Part shown: positions 11,198-25,419 of the stretch, one piece after another
How positions within the stretch are numbered: the first letter of the stretch is position 1
Layout: each line of letters opens with the position of its first letter
From: Tubiluchus corallicola
Lineage: Eukaryota; Animalia; Priapulida
Length of the DNA stretch: 64,000 bases
NCBI GenBank assembly: GCA_030141605.1
Contig: JAQGDQ010000554.1
Coordinates: 62,001-126,000, forward strand
Direction of reading: 5' to 3'
Position numbers and translations under genes: made by a program
Notes under the pieces: generated by a model
The model's input: only the letters and a program-made list of their open reading frames with translations
Told to the model about the DNA's origin: nothing
Databases searched by the model: none

Positions 11198-11750
11198 AAA
11201 GAGAATAAATATGTACGCTTGGTGCAGACACTGAAGAAAAACGGCTTCAAAGTGCAATATTTTGCAATTGAGATTGGGAGCCGCGGGTTCATCTCGAAAA
11301 CCCATTAAAAGATATTGAAAAGTTTCCATAATCTTATTGCATAACATCCGAACCACTTGAAATTTAAGATTTCAAACAGAAAACTGTAAAATTGGCCACC
11401 GTGTCATCTTTCATTATTTTTAAATCCAAAAACGAACCTGCTTGGGCAGATGTAACATTTTTTGTCCCGCAAATGTTTTTAGGTCTGATTTTCAACTTAA
11501 TTTTACTATATTATCATTGCAACAATTTTAGACAATATACAACTTTTTTGTAATATTGAAATCAAATTTATAACCATGCATTGAATTATTTTATCATGAA
11601 TTTCATCTTAATTCTGTACTTTATAATCTTCATATTGCACTAGTGTTTCAGACTAATATACACCTGTTTTATACAGTGCTTGTCAGATTACAAGTTTTGT
11701 TTGCTATTTCTTTTATTTGTAACCAATAAAATTATGTACTACTACTACTA
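11198..11750 (+). mobile_element. 3' remnant of an RLE-type (Hero/R2-superfamily) non-LTR retrotransposon
   Basis: Translates as KENKYVRLVQTLKKNGFKVQYFAIEIGSRGFISK, later KLATVSSFIIFKSKNEPAW, which matches the restriction-like endonuclease C-terminus; ends in aataaa and a (tac)n tail. Confidence 0.65.
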
Positions 11751-12544
11751 TCGTAGTCTTCCTTTTGCCATTTTGATCATCATCATCATCATAACCACAC
11801 CTCTACTGCATTAGTTGATCACCTCCTTCAGTCCCATGCAATTTTCTGAAGAAAATTTGATCAGTCGTTTAAGCCCCAATGGACCAGTCGAACCGAGGCC
11901 CTTGAACCATATTATAGTTATTTTTTGGAAATAATGTATGTATATGGAAGTCAGCAATTGATTGCTCACACCATTCTTCAATAATCCTCACATACAGCAA
12001 TGTCACCAAATGTGTGTAATTTTTACACGATAATCACATTGGTTCATGGCTTGAAAAGGTTTTCTGTTAACCAGCAATTTCCCATCTAATCACGCTGCAA
12101 GAAGATTTTGTGTTTTGCTCCACGCAGAAGCGGAAAAACATTTTCTGTGCGCAGTAGTCAGTGGTAACTGTGACTTCAATAAGGGTTATTTTGCTAGAAT
12201 GCACGTGGAAAGCCATAATAAAAATTATAGTGCCGTATACTATTACCCAGAAATTACCATTATTTAAATTAAACTTAACTAGACAGTATCTGATGCTTGT
12301 GAAGGTTAAAGCTGTCAAGTCTCACAATAGCTAAGCGAGTAAATACGCAGCAAAAGCTTGGTCTATACGAGAGCATTTGATAATACAAAAGAAGTACGCA
12401 ACTAAACAAATGTGAAGATGCAAAAGTGAAAAAAACACTATAAAATTTTAATTTAGAATCAACCTTATAAAGAATGTAAAATCGTGCACGTGCAATAGAG
12501 GAAAGCTGCTTAATGTTTCTAATGAAGTTATACGTTTACTGTAT

Positions 12545-12548
<4 letters not shown>

Positions 12549-12630
<82 letters not shown>

Positions 12631-12653
12631 CCCCCCCCCCACACACACACACA
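12549..12653. repeat. Compound (CA)n/(CACG)n microsatellite
   Basis: Directly visible. Confidence 0.95.
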
Positions 12654-13464
12654 TATATCATATATCATTTTACTAAACTTACTGATAATGTTAAAAGTTC
12701 TTATGTCTTAAGATTGTTTAAATGTAGGCCATAAAAATATCAAATACAAGAATGTTTCTGAACAAAGCAGTCAAATAGCGGCGTGAACAAAAAAGTAAAA
12801 AATGCAATAAGCGTGAAATACGTCTATACGATGTTTGTTATTATGTTAAACTAAACAACCAGTGTAGCTATAGCTTTTTACATCCTAGTCTAGATGCGAC
12901 GCGAATCAATTAATGTTTAACAATTAAAAGGTACGTGTTAGGATGTTACATTAAAGGAATCATATCATAAAAATATTATACAAAATACACTAAAATATAT
13001 CATTAACTATTAAGTAATAAGAGCACGAATCACGCTAGTGTCAGACAATATTTATCACAGTGGCAGGCAATACTGCATAACTTGAACTGCATAAACTTTA
13101 AAATTCCCAAATTTCAATTTCTGGTATCGCTGCTATGAATATTTTGGTAACGATGTTATATAGATCGTGCTGCTTAAATTTTTAATCTGATGTAACTAAT
13201 TTATTGTATATTTTAATCTGTATATACTAGCAAATTTTTATACATTTTAACTGTAAATGAATAGTGTAATTATCCATCGGTGACATAAACTCATTAAGAG
13301 CTTATTTATTGTTGTTAAAATCAACTTAAATTAGAGGAAAACAGGGTGATTTCTCGTATTCTATTTTGAAGTATGATAAAAAGTACACATTTCAATGCCT
13401 GTAATAACGCTGAAGCATCTGATAATTGAATAATTGGTTAAAAACCTAACGTTTGGTGAACCCA

Positions 13465-13600
13465 ACTAGTGATGATATCACAACTGAATATAATTTTTAA
13501 CAGCACAAGCATTCCATGAACGTGTTATACGTACTTTCGAAAGCGATAATTGAAGTACAGTGCTACTGTACAACATTCAGTATGATATACAAAAACTTAA
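13465..13600 (+). repeat. Dispersed repeat, copy 2 (similar to about 9130-9255)
   Basis: Direct similarity to 9130-9255. Confidence 0.6.
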
Positions 13601-15574
13601 CAGATTTTAAGTTTAAAATTCAAATTTAAAGTTTGCCGTTGTGCTCACGTATGAGCTCTCGAACATGTGTACTTCGTCAAAAACGAACAACCTTAAACTG
13701 AGAGATAGAGCACCTGTTTTTTAAGCAACGCATTTCTGAGATGTTAGTGCTCGTCTCACTAGTGAATGGCGAAATGCATGTAATATCAAAGAAATAGCTG
13801 CGCGATCGCGAAATTATGTTTCTGTGGTAACAATTCTTTCACGTAGGTCATTTTTGAAAAAATAGTATGTTCCCTTTCAACACTTTATAGGGTAGACTGC
13901 TTTGAGCTATAGTTTAAGATGGGGTCCGGTTTTCTCTTCTTAAAGATGTTTATATACAGAAAAGGTAAATCAAAATATTTATCGCATTCACAAAACAAGC
14001 AAACATTAACAATAATGGGTGAAATTATAATTTAGAAAAGAATAGGGGCTTAATTGGTGAGCGGTTTTGAAGTATGCGCAGCTTCTACACCTCTCCCTTC
14101 GTCGCTAGTAGTTTAGCCCAGCAGGACGGAGAAGCCATGCAGCGCAAGGGTTCGGCATTCAGTCGACTAGTGGCTTCACCTTCAGTGAAAACAGGATGTT
14201 GCAGTGATGACGCCGAAATTTGCGTCTGTGTTATTATATTGCGAGCATAGGGCTTAAGTAAGTTTCATAGTTACTGTGTTATTGTAGTGATGTTAGCTTT
14301 CGGGAAAAACACGTTGCACGTAAGATATCGTAGTACATGTTATACGCAGTGATTCGGTATTCATAATCGTTTTTATATAACGGTTATATACTGTAATAAG
14401 TGAAATTGTGATATTGCGATATTTTACTTGGAAACCATCCTGATTTCTTTATTTTAATAAATAGACGCGGTGTGTCATATATTTAAAACATTTATTTTGA
14501 CCTTGTTGTGACATTCGTTATTAAGTTGATTGAAAGAAAGAAAAAGAAACCGGTGGAACGAACCTGAATTTGGAAAACCAAAGAACCTAACTTAACAATT
14601 GTTGCTTATTCAATTACACTAGCCTACGTTTGTCATCAGGTAGGTATTAATTGTCGTTGCATGTTCTTAATTGTACCCTGTAGGGCCTGCTCTCGGATTA
14701 CAAATTTGTTAGCATTAAGGTGAGTTTAGCGAATGGAATAGGTACGTTTTGAATTATTTATCGCGAACACATTTATTCCAAGATCGCGCTGCACAGTTTC
14801 AGAAGATTATGGATCTATGTCGGTGTGTGATATATGCAAGGAATGCCAGGAAATGATTCCCCCCCGCCAAAAAAAAACTGTGTAGAAAAAACAACAGATA
14901 ATGATAAAAACCGGCATAATCATGAGAAAGAGGCAAAGAGCATCTAGTTGTGAATAAAAAACAATTGTTTGAATATCTAGTACTGCCACATTTCGCAACT
15001 CTAAGGTTCACAAAAGGGGATGGGATTGATTTCTTGATAGGAATGGAGTCTCGACTTATTTCTTCAAGAATTTGTTGATTTCTAATTTCTGACAATAAAA
15101 AGTGGCAAGAGTTTTAAAAAGCAGATTAAATAAGAAACATTATTATGATTAAAACAGTAAAAGTATATTTATGTGTACTTGTGATACCTTTTCAGTAGAG
15201 CAGAGGCTATCGTTTTCCCACACACAGATACTTTCTAGAGACACATATAGACATCTGGGCCGATCTGTAGACTGCTTGATTACCTATTCTTTTTTAAAAA
15301 CTATTACCCGAGAAGGTAGTTGAGTGGTCAATGAGAAGTTAAACAGTGCTTGTCATAACAAGCAAATGGTAGGGTGAAGGCCCAAAAAACTGCTTGTGAG
15401 TGTTTCATCTTTCATAGCTGTTTCTATCGTTCAGTGGGATGATATCTAAAACACCTCCGGCTGCTGGTTCTGTCTGTTCGGTGTCTAATTATTGAATATT
15501 ATCCTTGTCAATGAGGGAGGCTCAATTAATTCTGACTTTGCAGTTGCTCTGCCGCTGAATACTGTGTATGATAT

Positions 15575-15850
15575 GTAGTGTATCAAATTGTACATAAGAT
15601 CATTAGGTGAATAATGTGTCAAATTGTGTATAAAAAATTCTTACAATGCGCAAACTTCTAGCTAAACTATGCAGTATGCCCAAATGTATTGAAAACCTTA
15701 CAATGAGCCAAATTAATTGTATAGAAAAAGCAGTATGCCAGATTGTATTAAAAAAACTCACTATGTGCAAAATCATTTCAATAGAAAAAACTACGTAGTG
15801 TGCCAAATCGTATAGAAAAACCTTGCAGTGAGTCAAATTAGTGTTTAGGA
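15575..15850. repeat. Degenerate minisatellite with a period of about 60 bp
   Basis: Recurring tgtgccaaat-gtatagaaaaaccttacaatgagtcaaatt-like motif near 15615, 15675, 15734 and 15798. Confidence 0.55.
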
Positions 15851-18299
15851 ATAATCGGTTTGGAGACCAGACCTGAGCGAAATATACAAAAGCATGAAGG
15901 AATTTTTCTTGCAAAACACAAAAAATACGGCGAAGGTACAAAAAATAACATATTCAAAACAAATGTCAGAATTTTGATGTTAATTGAAACCACTAGCACG
16001 GATATAAAAATGTGTAGGCTGGCTTTTCACGTGGTTGGAAAACAAGAAAATCGCTCTTATGCTTGGCAAAACCCACCCAACTGACCGGGCCCCCACAAGT
16101 ACGCAACTAATGACCATTGCCCATTCAGATTACTATGTTGAGATTATTGAGATTGCGGCCTACCGCCTACACCAGAATGCTTTATATGCAAATTTGAAGG
16201 CGATCCATGACCGTTCAGTTGAACTCAGCATTATAATTAATTCATTCGACTGACCATGGCGCCTCTAAACATATCAAGAGATTTTAATGATCGTTTTATC
16301 CAGACCATCAGTGGCTTCAACATCTTTCGACTGCATAATGTGGCGCCCATAATCCTTGGAAACCATTTTCCGGGTAGATTTCAGTAGATAGAGCAAGCAA
16401 AGGATTCGATTAACCATCAAGAACAAGTAACTCTATAAACTCGTTTATTTCGCCGTGATTTTGTTCTCGTTATCGTTCATGTCATAAGTTTGTACTCACC
16501 AAGTTTTTTTTATATTGTGACGTTACAAAACAATCCGTATTCTAACTTTGTACGCTATGTCAGTTTCTATAGCAATGATAAATGGCGTTCTAAATCACAG
16601 TTCACAAAGAAACGGATCAATGACGATAATAAATGGCGTTCTAATTATCATATCCAGTCACTTGGATATGAAAAACTCAATGAGTGAATAACCCGTGTTT
16701 CACATTCCACATGATGTCATTAGTAGTTAGCGTGACATCAGCGACTTCAGCCAGAAGCACTATTTTATTAGATTTGACCAATTACGGGCGTTAAATAAGT
16801 ATCAGAGAAAAGATTGCTCTACCGGATCCCCAAGCGTTACTAGTTGCGGGACAATTTTAACAATTTTGAATCAAATGAATTGAGACGTACGTGAATCTTA
16901 TTCAACTGCATTTGAATGAGGCAAATAAAAACACTGTTCAATTCACACTATTGTCAAGAAAACTTTCATTGGTGTAAAAGACGCACGGTGAATTTTAATC
17001 TGTTCATCTTTTCATTACAATCGCACATTCATTTCGAGATGAGGTCATAAGGGCTGCAGGAGAAATGCTGACGAGGTGGTGGCGATGGCAATGGCGCCGA
17101 TAATGAGCACGACGACGACGACAGTAATGTCTATAAAGACGCCCATTCTAGTGCCAATGCAAGACTATGCGTATGCCATTCACCTTCCACCGTCCACCGT
17201 AGAAATTCCACCTCTTCAAACACACGCGTAAATTTTGCTTTCAAATAAAGATTTTGAGGATTACTTACTAAGCCGCTGCACTTGTAGAACCTGATTTAAT
17301 AGCCTTCACATCTTGTATGGAGATTAAATGGGGATTTTTGTATTCCAGTAGCTTACGCGCTGATGCAAGTGGAAAAATCTTGAAAACACTCATGCAGTGT
17401 ATAATTCAATGTCTTTATTCAATAAACCCCTGTAAATCGCAAGTGAAATGAGAAGCATCCAGAAAGTTGGCTAGAGAATGTCATTATTGGTTTATGTATT
17501 GGCTACAATTGACAGAAGACTGTTTTTTCTTTTGTCTTAATTACTATTTTACTGCCATAAGTGTAGGTTATTCGTGTAGTTCAGGACTAGGTACCAGTTT
17601 TCCAATGTTCCATGATCCCAGTTTCCCATAATCCAGGATAAGGTAGCAGGTTTTCTACAAGCAAGTCAAGCGAGCATACACAAGACAATCATTTAATTCA
17701 ATTAAATCCTTCCAGTTCTTGGCTTTGTAGTGGGCTTTTGGAACTCATTTCTTTCTTATAACATAAATTGTTGTTTGGGTCACCCGAGGCGGGTAAATAA
17801 AATGGAATTAGTTTATAGTTTATACTTATTGTCATATTATTATTATTATTATTATTTTACGTTTATTTCAGTACATAAAAAGTACTATAGAATAATAAAC
17901 AAAGCATAGTTAAAAATCACAATTAAAAAAATTACTGCAAGATAAATAAATATTTACACAAAGAACAGAGAATTAGTAAGCTAAAACATAAAATATAAAG
18001 CATACAAAAGTAAAACAAAATTAGTATTATTTACAAGCACAATAAAAATGGTATGGCACGTGAAGCAAAAAATGTAAAAATTGAGTCTGTAGCTTAGACA
18101 TTTGTCTTTTGTTAATTGACCAATAAAATGAGTAAAATGTGAGCTAAATGAAAAGCAACATATACAAGTAGTAATATAAAGCTAAAACGATAAATATAAA
18201 AATATCACAAATTACAATACAATATTATACTTAATCTAAAATCACAATTTAATAGAAACTAAGTAAAAACATTTTCATTTTAACTTTCATATGATGTCT

Positions 18300-19050
18300 A
18301 ACATTTCTAACATTTCTTATGTTATATGGAATATTGTTCCTTTCAATGGCGACCATTATATTTAATAAAATGTTTCAAAACATTTGTTTTGCACTTGGGA
18401 GCATGGAATTAGTATTCCAAAATAATCAGGATATTTAATGTTTGATGTAGCTATGCACACATGAGTGGAAAACTACGTCAAAAATTCTATAACAAAACGT
18501 TTATGCTATTACTAATGTATGTACACAGCTAAATAGTCCATCCCACATTAAAGTGATTTGTAGTTCATAAGCTAACAAGTAAAGGTTCAGAAAACTCAAG
18601 TTTAGTTTGTTGAGTTGTTTTGTGACCTCGTTTACATTTTGTAATAGACGTCGAGCAGACACATATTTACAATGCAAACATGTTTTGTATATGAGTTCAT
18701 TGATTAAACACACCTCATTGTTAATCATAATGCCTAGTCGCCGAAATAGAGTTTTGTGTATCGCAACAGATTAATGACATATTGTCTTAAACATACGACG
18801 TAAAATGCTGAATCCATTTATAGATTTGAAAATTTGGAGCCTAAAAATTTGCCACACGTAGTCCTAAATAGTTCGTGCATATGCTTTATAAACGTCGTTA
18901 CATAGTAATACATGTCGTAGTAATAGTAGTAGACAATTTATTCTGGCAACTATCAACATAAAATGTTACACATACACCGAAATGTTGCACCGAAGAACAG
19001 AACATTTAACGTGATACAAGAGTTGTTGTAAATAATACGTTCAGAAAATA
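18300..19050 (-). mobile_element. Highly decayed LINE ORF2 3' fragment
   Basis: The minus strand gives VYKAYARTI*DYVW, resembling the post-RT LYKxxVRPxLEY motif; disrupted by stops. Confidence 0.35.
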
Positions 19051-20305
19051 CAAGAATCATAGTGATGTTAAAAAACGGGCACTTATTCATTAATACACAT
19101 AATAATTAAATAGTTTATTTTTAAGCTTAATTGGCTCAGGTAAACTTTCTTGGTCCTACTTCTTTGCCGAATTTGATTCATGAAAATATTGGTGGCACCG
19201 CACTTGGCATTAAAAATCTACAGCAACGATCGTAATTTACACCTACTTATCACTCTCGACTTTATATAGCCATGCAGAGAAATTACACCTCTACCTCCAG
19301 AGACAGCATAGCAGCAGAAAAACGATAAACTTCAAATGTAGACTTAAAAAATTCTCAACTGCTGAGTAAGAGTTTTGCCACAAGCTGAGCGTCTTTGATC
19401 GATGAGCTACAAGAACTAAAAATTATTGAGGGCCTTCTGCAGCACTTTGTAGATATAAACTTTTCAATTTTGAGAAACGGCTAGTCTACGATAGACGTTA
19501 ACTTTTTACATTTATTCTTGTTTCTTATGTATGTATACTTTGATGAGTTGCCACACCCCCTCATGAACCGAAGTCAGGAATCTAACAAGAATCTGCAAGT
19601 TCTCCCAGTGTGTCCCTCGACGGAGTCGCGAGACCAAGCATTTCTGTTTTATGAGATCTATTCAGAAACCAAAATCAAGAAATTTAAACTACTTGCCTCT
19701 ACTTGCTTTAGACTCTAAAAAGCCTTGTTTGCCGCTGCAGTAAAAATTGGCAAAAAATGTGTAGGGGCTGAAATGATGAAGCCATACAACCGAGTCTTAA
19801 TTTAATAAGTTAACTACCCGAGCAACAGAGACTCGGATGTTTTTCGGCTAAATTTTTTGCAAATTTCAGTAGTATGCTAGTTGTATTTATGTTTTTTTCC
19901 ACATAAATTTCAATGTGATGGTAGAAGTTAGGAGATTTGTGATGGGTGAATTTCGGGAGTCTCCGGGCCAAATCAGGAGTGGTAGCAAACAGTAACAATT
20001 GAATAAGCCAATATAATGCGATGTTATACAGTACCATAGTTGCCTGTCAATGCTACTAGTAGAAAACGCTACTGAGCTAGACATTTATTTATTTATTGTG
20101 CACCTACTTTTATAATCTAGCTGTATAGCGAAATCAATACAGAAGTGGCCAGCTTTCTCTCGCGACTCGTCACTGTTGTAGATCTTATGGCATGCACACA
20201 AGACGGATGTTATCATCATCCATTATGTGTACGAACAAACGATCAGAGATAATGAATTGCTCTCACGAGCAAATTATTGCATATTCCTTAATTAATTGAT
20301 GGATA

Positions 20306-20782
20306 TAGGGTGTTCCGAAGGAAATAGTACGCAACATTAGTCAAGAGAATATGGTTATTCCAAGTTATATAAGTTTATTGAGGAACAAAACAATGCCATA
20401 TACAATACAATGTACATAAAGCATCATACATTACACAAAAAGCATCCCATCACATGGATATAATCGTCACACTGAAACAGTAGAGGTTAAACAATTCACA
20501 TTTTTTGCATGTTTTTACAAAAATAATGTCATTACAATAATGCGCTATTGCTATCAGCAGAATATAATTTTCTGTAATTAAGCTTTTATTTTCCTTGTTT
20601 AAAAACAGTGTGTAACATAATTTGAAACTAAATTTGAAAGGTCAATAGAAAAATAGGAATAATGACAACAATGTTATTACATGTACATATATTTCTATAT
20701 AATGTTAGAATAGGTCAAAATGTAGAAATCCAGTTTGTTTTGTCGTAGTTGTCATATTTCCACTGTTTTTTGGAACGCCCTG
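20306..20782. mobile_element. Tc1/mariner-type MITE (about 477 bp)
   Basis: TA|tagggtgttccgaagg at the left end and ttttttggaacgccctg|TA at the right end: degenerate CAGGGTGTTCC TIRs with a TA target duplication. Confidence 0.7.
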
Positions 20783-22029
20783 TATAGTAAGCTAGTCTTA
20801 TTTCCAGGGTGTTTGTCTGTCACCAACCAGCATCGTGCATGTAATTACTAAACATTGCGACATCAAAATTAAGATTTTTACATATAATAATTTATTATGA
20901 GGCATATCATAGTATAGTAGAGAGGGTAAACTGTGCAGTTTAAATTTAATTAACTTATTTTATATCAGTAGTCAATCAAGACGTTCCACTTGCATAATAA
21001 TGTTTGTCTAATATAGAACGGGTCTAATAGGGTGTTTAAAATAGATCGTGCCGTACTTTATTCATAGTATTACCAAAATGAAATTTTAGATGTTTATTGA
21101 TGTGAGAAGTTGAGTCAGTTCCTTCATATCAATTAACTTGCGTTTTTAGACTAATGATTCGTTTGGCACAGCAAAATAACAACTACCGAAGAATTCGAAA
21201 ACATTCTAGTCAGTGAAACTCATCACTTCTGAGAAAAAAGCTTCAAAATATTTTGTTGTTGAAACACGCTCGCGTTTGAATTAGTTTTCAAGAATCAAAA
21301 GCGTAAAGGGATTAGATATTAAGCTTCAGTTCTCATTTTGACTAATTGACTGTCAGGCTGTGGCGTGTGAGTCATTTAAATTAGTTTATGCTCACGACAA
21401 AACAATAAAAACCGTAATAGTTTATTTTATGTGAAAAACGACTCCGCATTAATTACAACTGCTCAAGCATTTTGAGGCAATTAAAATTTCCAAGACCCAC
21501 GACTAATTGGAAGTAACTCTTTGTTGCAGTGTTAAAATTGGATGTAAGTTTTAGCAGGCTAATGTGACGCTATTGTATCGAGTATGTTACCGAACGTCTC
21601 TTTCGACTGGAAATGGGGCTAATTAGTACTTTTATAGTGACAAGACACCGCACAATCATAGTTATAGTCTATAGCTTTGATAGAAATACTTTTTTATAAT
21701 AGATGGCGGATTGGCTCAACGCTGTAATACTGGTTGCGGTTCGAGCAATTTGCTAAACTAACAGAAATTACTAATAGAACGAAATTACCGCTGACTTGAG
21801 TTTTAATCGAGGAATAGTTAATTTTTTACCAGATTCAATCGCTCTTTCGATTTATTCAACCCTAGATTCAATTTCGGTCATTACCGAATTTACGTCACAC
21901 ACAGTTACGTAAACCGACCCCGACCCGAGAAAGGGTCGATCAGAACTTCCAGTACGCTACTTTATGTTACAACTTTAGAAGTACCTGTTTTAAAAGAAAA
22001 ACATCAGTAGCTTTACCATTATGTGGGGA

Positions 22030-22065
22030 TGTGTGTGTGTGTGTGTGTGTGCGTGCGTGCGTGTG
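22030..22065. repeat. (TG)n/(TGCG)n microsatellite
   Basis: Directly visible. Confidence 0.9.
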
Positions 22066-22224
22066 CACGAGCGCGAGTGAAGGCGCATGCTTGTGTGTTG
22101 AGCTGGATTGCCTTTGTATTGAAACCAGGCTGTAGTGTAGTCTCGTTGCTGTAGTCTAATCCCAATGATCGAGGACCAAAGATCATCTGAGAAGAAATAT
22201 CATATTTTCTGAACAACCTGAGCA

Positions 22225-22300
22225 GAAGAGAGAGAAAGAGAGAGCGAGAGAGAGAGAGAAAGAAAGAGAGAGGGAGGGAGAGATATAGATAGAAAGAAGA
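22225..22300. repeat. (GA)n-rich polypurine tract
   Basis: Directly visible. Confidence 0.9.
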
Positions 22301-23106
22301 CTAGGGTGATCATATGGCGTACGTATGCTACGTGATACACAGACTTGGAGTCAATGACTACATTTTCAGCTATTTGATTGTGTAGCGTGGCTTTGAGTAT
22401 TTTTCATTGCTTAGTCTAGTGCAACTTCAAATACAGACAAGACCACTCAGACAATAAGAGGTTTCTTTGTGCGCGGCACTGAATAAATATCTTCTTTGCC
22501 CGCTCTCTGAGAGGACGTTAATAAAGATTGTTATACAAAGCAGATAAGGGAAAGGATGTTGGCTATCAGAATGCTCGGTTTATGTTCATGTGTGTAAATT
22601 CACGAGTGTTTTTAGTATGTTTTTCATAAATTACCTCAGTCAGAACAGACGCCTCTGTTGTGGCATTAAGTGTTAATATGTCACAGGTCTGTTAGGTGTT
22701 TATACTAGTGTAATGGGCAGTGGGCAATAAAGCAGGCTGCTCACGCGCCTCGCAGTTTTAGTGGCTTCATTTTATGCCCTTGGTGCATCGTAGCTGTTGG
22801 CTTCCTGGTGCGAACACAAAGTCGACTGGCTTCGTATCTTGTATCCACCGTTCTTGAAATAAAAACAACGCATTTGTGGAAGTGCATGGGCGCCCACTAA
22901 AAATCACTGGCGGAAAAGTTCCTTGTCCTATCATTATGCATTGCGAATCTGTATTGATCATAAGCTCTGAATCTTCTTTTTTTTGGGTTTTGGGGCTGTC
23001 ATACATATTCGTTTTAACCGTAAGCGATAGGGCAAGACCAATACAGGTTATTTTTGGGCTAAATTTACAGCTCTACACACACAAGAAATGAGTTCGTGAA
23101 ACGGAT

Positions 23107-23156
23107 TAGGGTTACGGTTAGGCCGTTAGGGTTAGGTTTAGGGTCAGGGTATTTAG
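23107..23156 (+). repeat. Degenerate TTAGGG/TTAGG interstitial telomere-like repeat
   Basis: ttagggttacggttaggccgttagggttaggtttagggtcagggtatttag. Confidence 0.7.
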
Positions 23157-23665
23157 ACTGGGTTGGGAATTGTAAACTCCTTCCTATTTTTGCTATTTAA
23201 CTATAGGGTACTTACAGCCATTTCTCATTGTACAGTCACATCAATTATTACGTGTAATAGCTGTAGAAGCTAACCTAAGCTAATGCATGCAACAGTCTAA
23301 TCGATTGGAGGTAGTCGCTGATTAAACAAATAAGAGAAAATCGGCTGTATGATTTCTCTAGGCATTAGAAGCCACAAGAGAACGACTTTAGCATAGCCAA
23401 TGCGAGACTCTCAAATTTAAAAAAAAATACTTTTATGCGAGCGATAGCTGTTTGATAGTATGTGATTGGCTAGAGCAACTAGGTGGATGATATCGCTAGG
23501 AAAACTTGATTCTGGATGATTTTATCGTCAATACCCCCGACTATTAACTTTGTTTTGTTCAGGTTCAGAGTGCTGCCGCTTTACTAGCACTAGCTTATTT
23601 CAAACATATAACTAGCCTCTGGTTACACCACAACCGCAGGATTGGCAGGCTTTGCGTTGAATGTT

Positions 23666-23704
23666 GTATATATATATACACAATATATATATATATATAT
23701 ATAT
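23666..23704. repeat. (TA)n microsatellite
   Basis: Directly visible. Confidence 0.85.
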
Positions 23705-25419
23705 GGTCCGGAATGTGCTAAATTGTATAATACTATTGCCATTCCGGGTGTTTTGGTTACTCTTGGGTGACGTACAAAAATATAAACAACGGCTGGCCAA
23801 CGCACATCACTAAACGAACAGAAAGACATGATCATAGTTACCCTATTGACAACAATTAATTATCATAATAATCATTATAATTTATACTAAAACCTTTTCG
23901 TTTCCCCTTTACTGGCGTTGAAAACTGACGTGCCTCTTGCTGAAAAGTATTTTTGTAAAAAAAAAAACTCGACTTGTGGTTTATGTCAACATCAGTGAAA
24001 TCATAGTCCAATGTGTGCACGTCGAAATTTGTGGATGTAGGGCACACTCCACTCACGCTGTATATTGTAAACACCAGAAGAGAAGCCACTTAAATTTTAG
24101 GAGAAATTAAAGGGTTATTCTGAATGATGAGAGATGATTTTGTGCAACTAAGGCTGCGAACGCTTCGTAATTAACACGCGAGCCATTTTTTGAAAAGATG
24201 AAAATAACTTCTCAGGTACTTTCTAAAGTCGTAACTCTTAACGACAGATGAAAACCATTGATGTGTAACTATGACATAATACCAATTATGGATGAAGAGA
24301 AAATTAAAACTTTCTCACCTAAAATGTTTCCTGCTCCAGTGAAGCTCATGTAAATAATTAATTAAGATCATCTGAATAATTATTACGCCCAAAATGCACT
24401 TAACTTTACACGTTAGAATGCAATTCTGTCCGCCATAGCCTCGAAAAAAGCTCTTGAAAACCGCCTACGTTTTGGCATTTCTCTCTTTGTATCTCTCTTT
24501 TCCCTCTTCTGACTTCCCTCACTCACCTGTTGAATTTTACTCTGTTTTTCGGTCTCATTTTTTTCTCTTCTTCCTCTTTCTTTCTCTTCTGTTTGAGTGT
24601 TGGCTGTATTTATACAGCTTGCAACAGTCTTTGCTCACATTTGGCCTTTAATTGTTTTTCCAGCTTTATATTATTGCCACCTCTGTTAACTTGCATATTT
24701 CGCATTTCGACGTTGAAGTACATACTGCAAATTACCGAGTATACAACTTGCCTTGCCCTTTGCAACATTTTGCCACGCGGCCTCATGACTTTCGTTCCTG
24801 CCATACTTCTGCTCACATTGGTTGTTGCTTTGTCTTCTGTTGCCACATTGCTTAATTCATGAATTTGTTTGCGCTAATTTAAATGGCAAACTGTATTTTA
24901 TCTCCTGCCTCTTTGTGGTATACTAAATGTTGCAACTGAAGAAATATGTGATTATTAAACGATAACCTAAACATGACAGAATTAATTCCGGGTGGCAGTG
25001 ACTACTTGGATTCAAGAACTGGTAACAATTATTGTCATAGTACGCACATTTACATTGTTGGATTACTATTGTACATGCTTCTTGGTTAGCCTAGATCCCT
25101 AGAAGACTGTATGATTTGTTTGCTAACCCGTATCTATGAAATTATCTGTGAAATTAATACTGTAGATATTAGTATGTAATATTACTAACATGGAAGTGAC
25201 AAAGGAGGTTAAAAAAGAATATATATATTTTCTTAGTAAGTTTTTATTAACTAACACTGATTGATCATCTTTGTAAAGTTTTTATCAGTGATTATCAATG
25301 TATTTCAATGGCAAATAAAGATTATTATATATATATATGCGTCAGTGCAATCTAAACTACTGTGCAGTAATGGAAAGTAACGACGAATAAAATCAAACAT
25401 ATTTACAACTATGCACAAA

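Noticed and set aside
21921-21952. Helitron 3' end (hairpin cgaccc-gagaaa-gggtcg followed by ccag|t)
   Set aside because: The terminus is not CTRR and no 5' end or second copy could be identified
24610-24846. Minus-strand ORF faintly resembling a Tc1/mariner transposase N-terminus
   Set aside because: Too short and degenerate; no DDE domain or TIRs found
24973-25021. Coding first exon (MTELIPGGSDYLDSRT) of SARM1
   Set aside because: Its phase-1 donor gives a stop (TCA TGA) when joined to 29598 and is out of phase with 32350; at most a uORF
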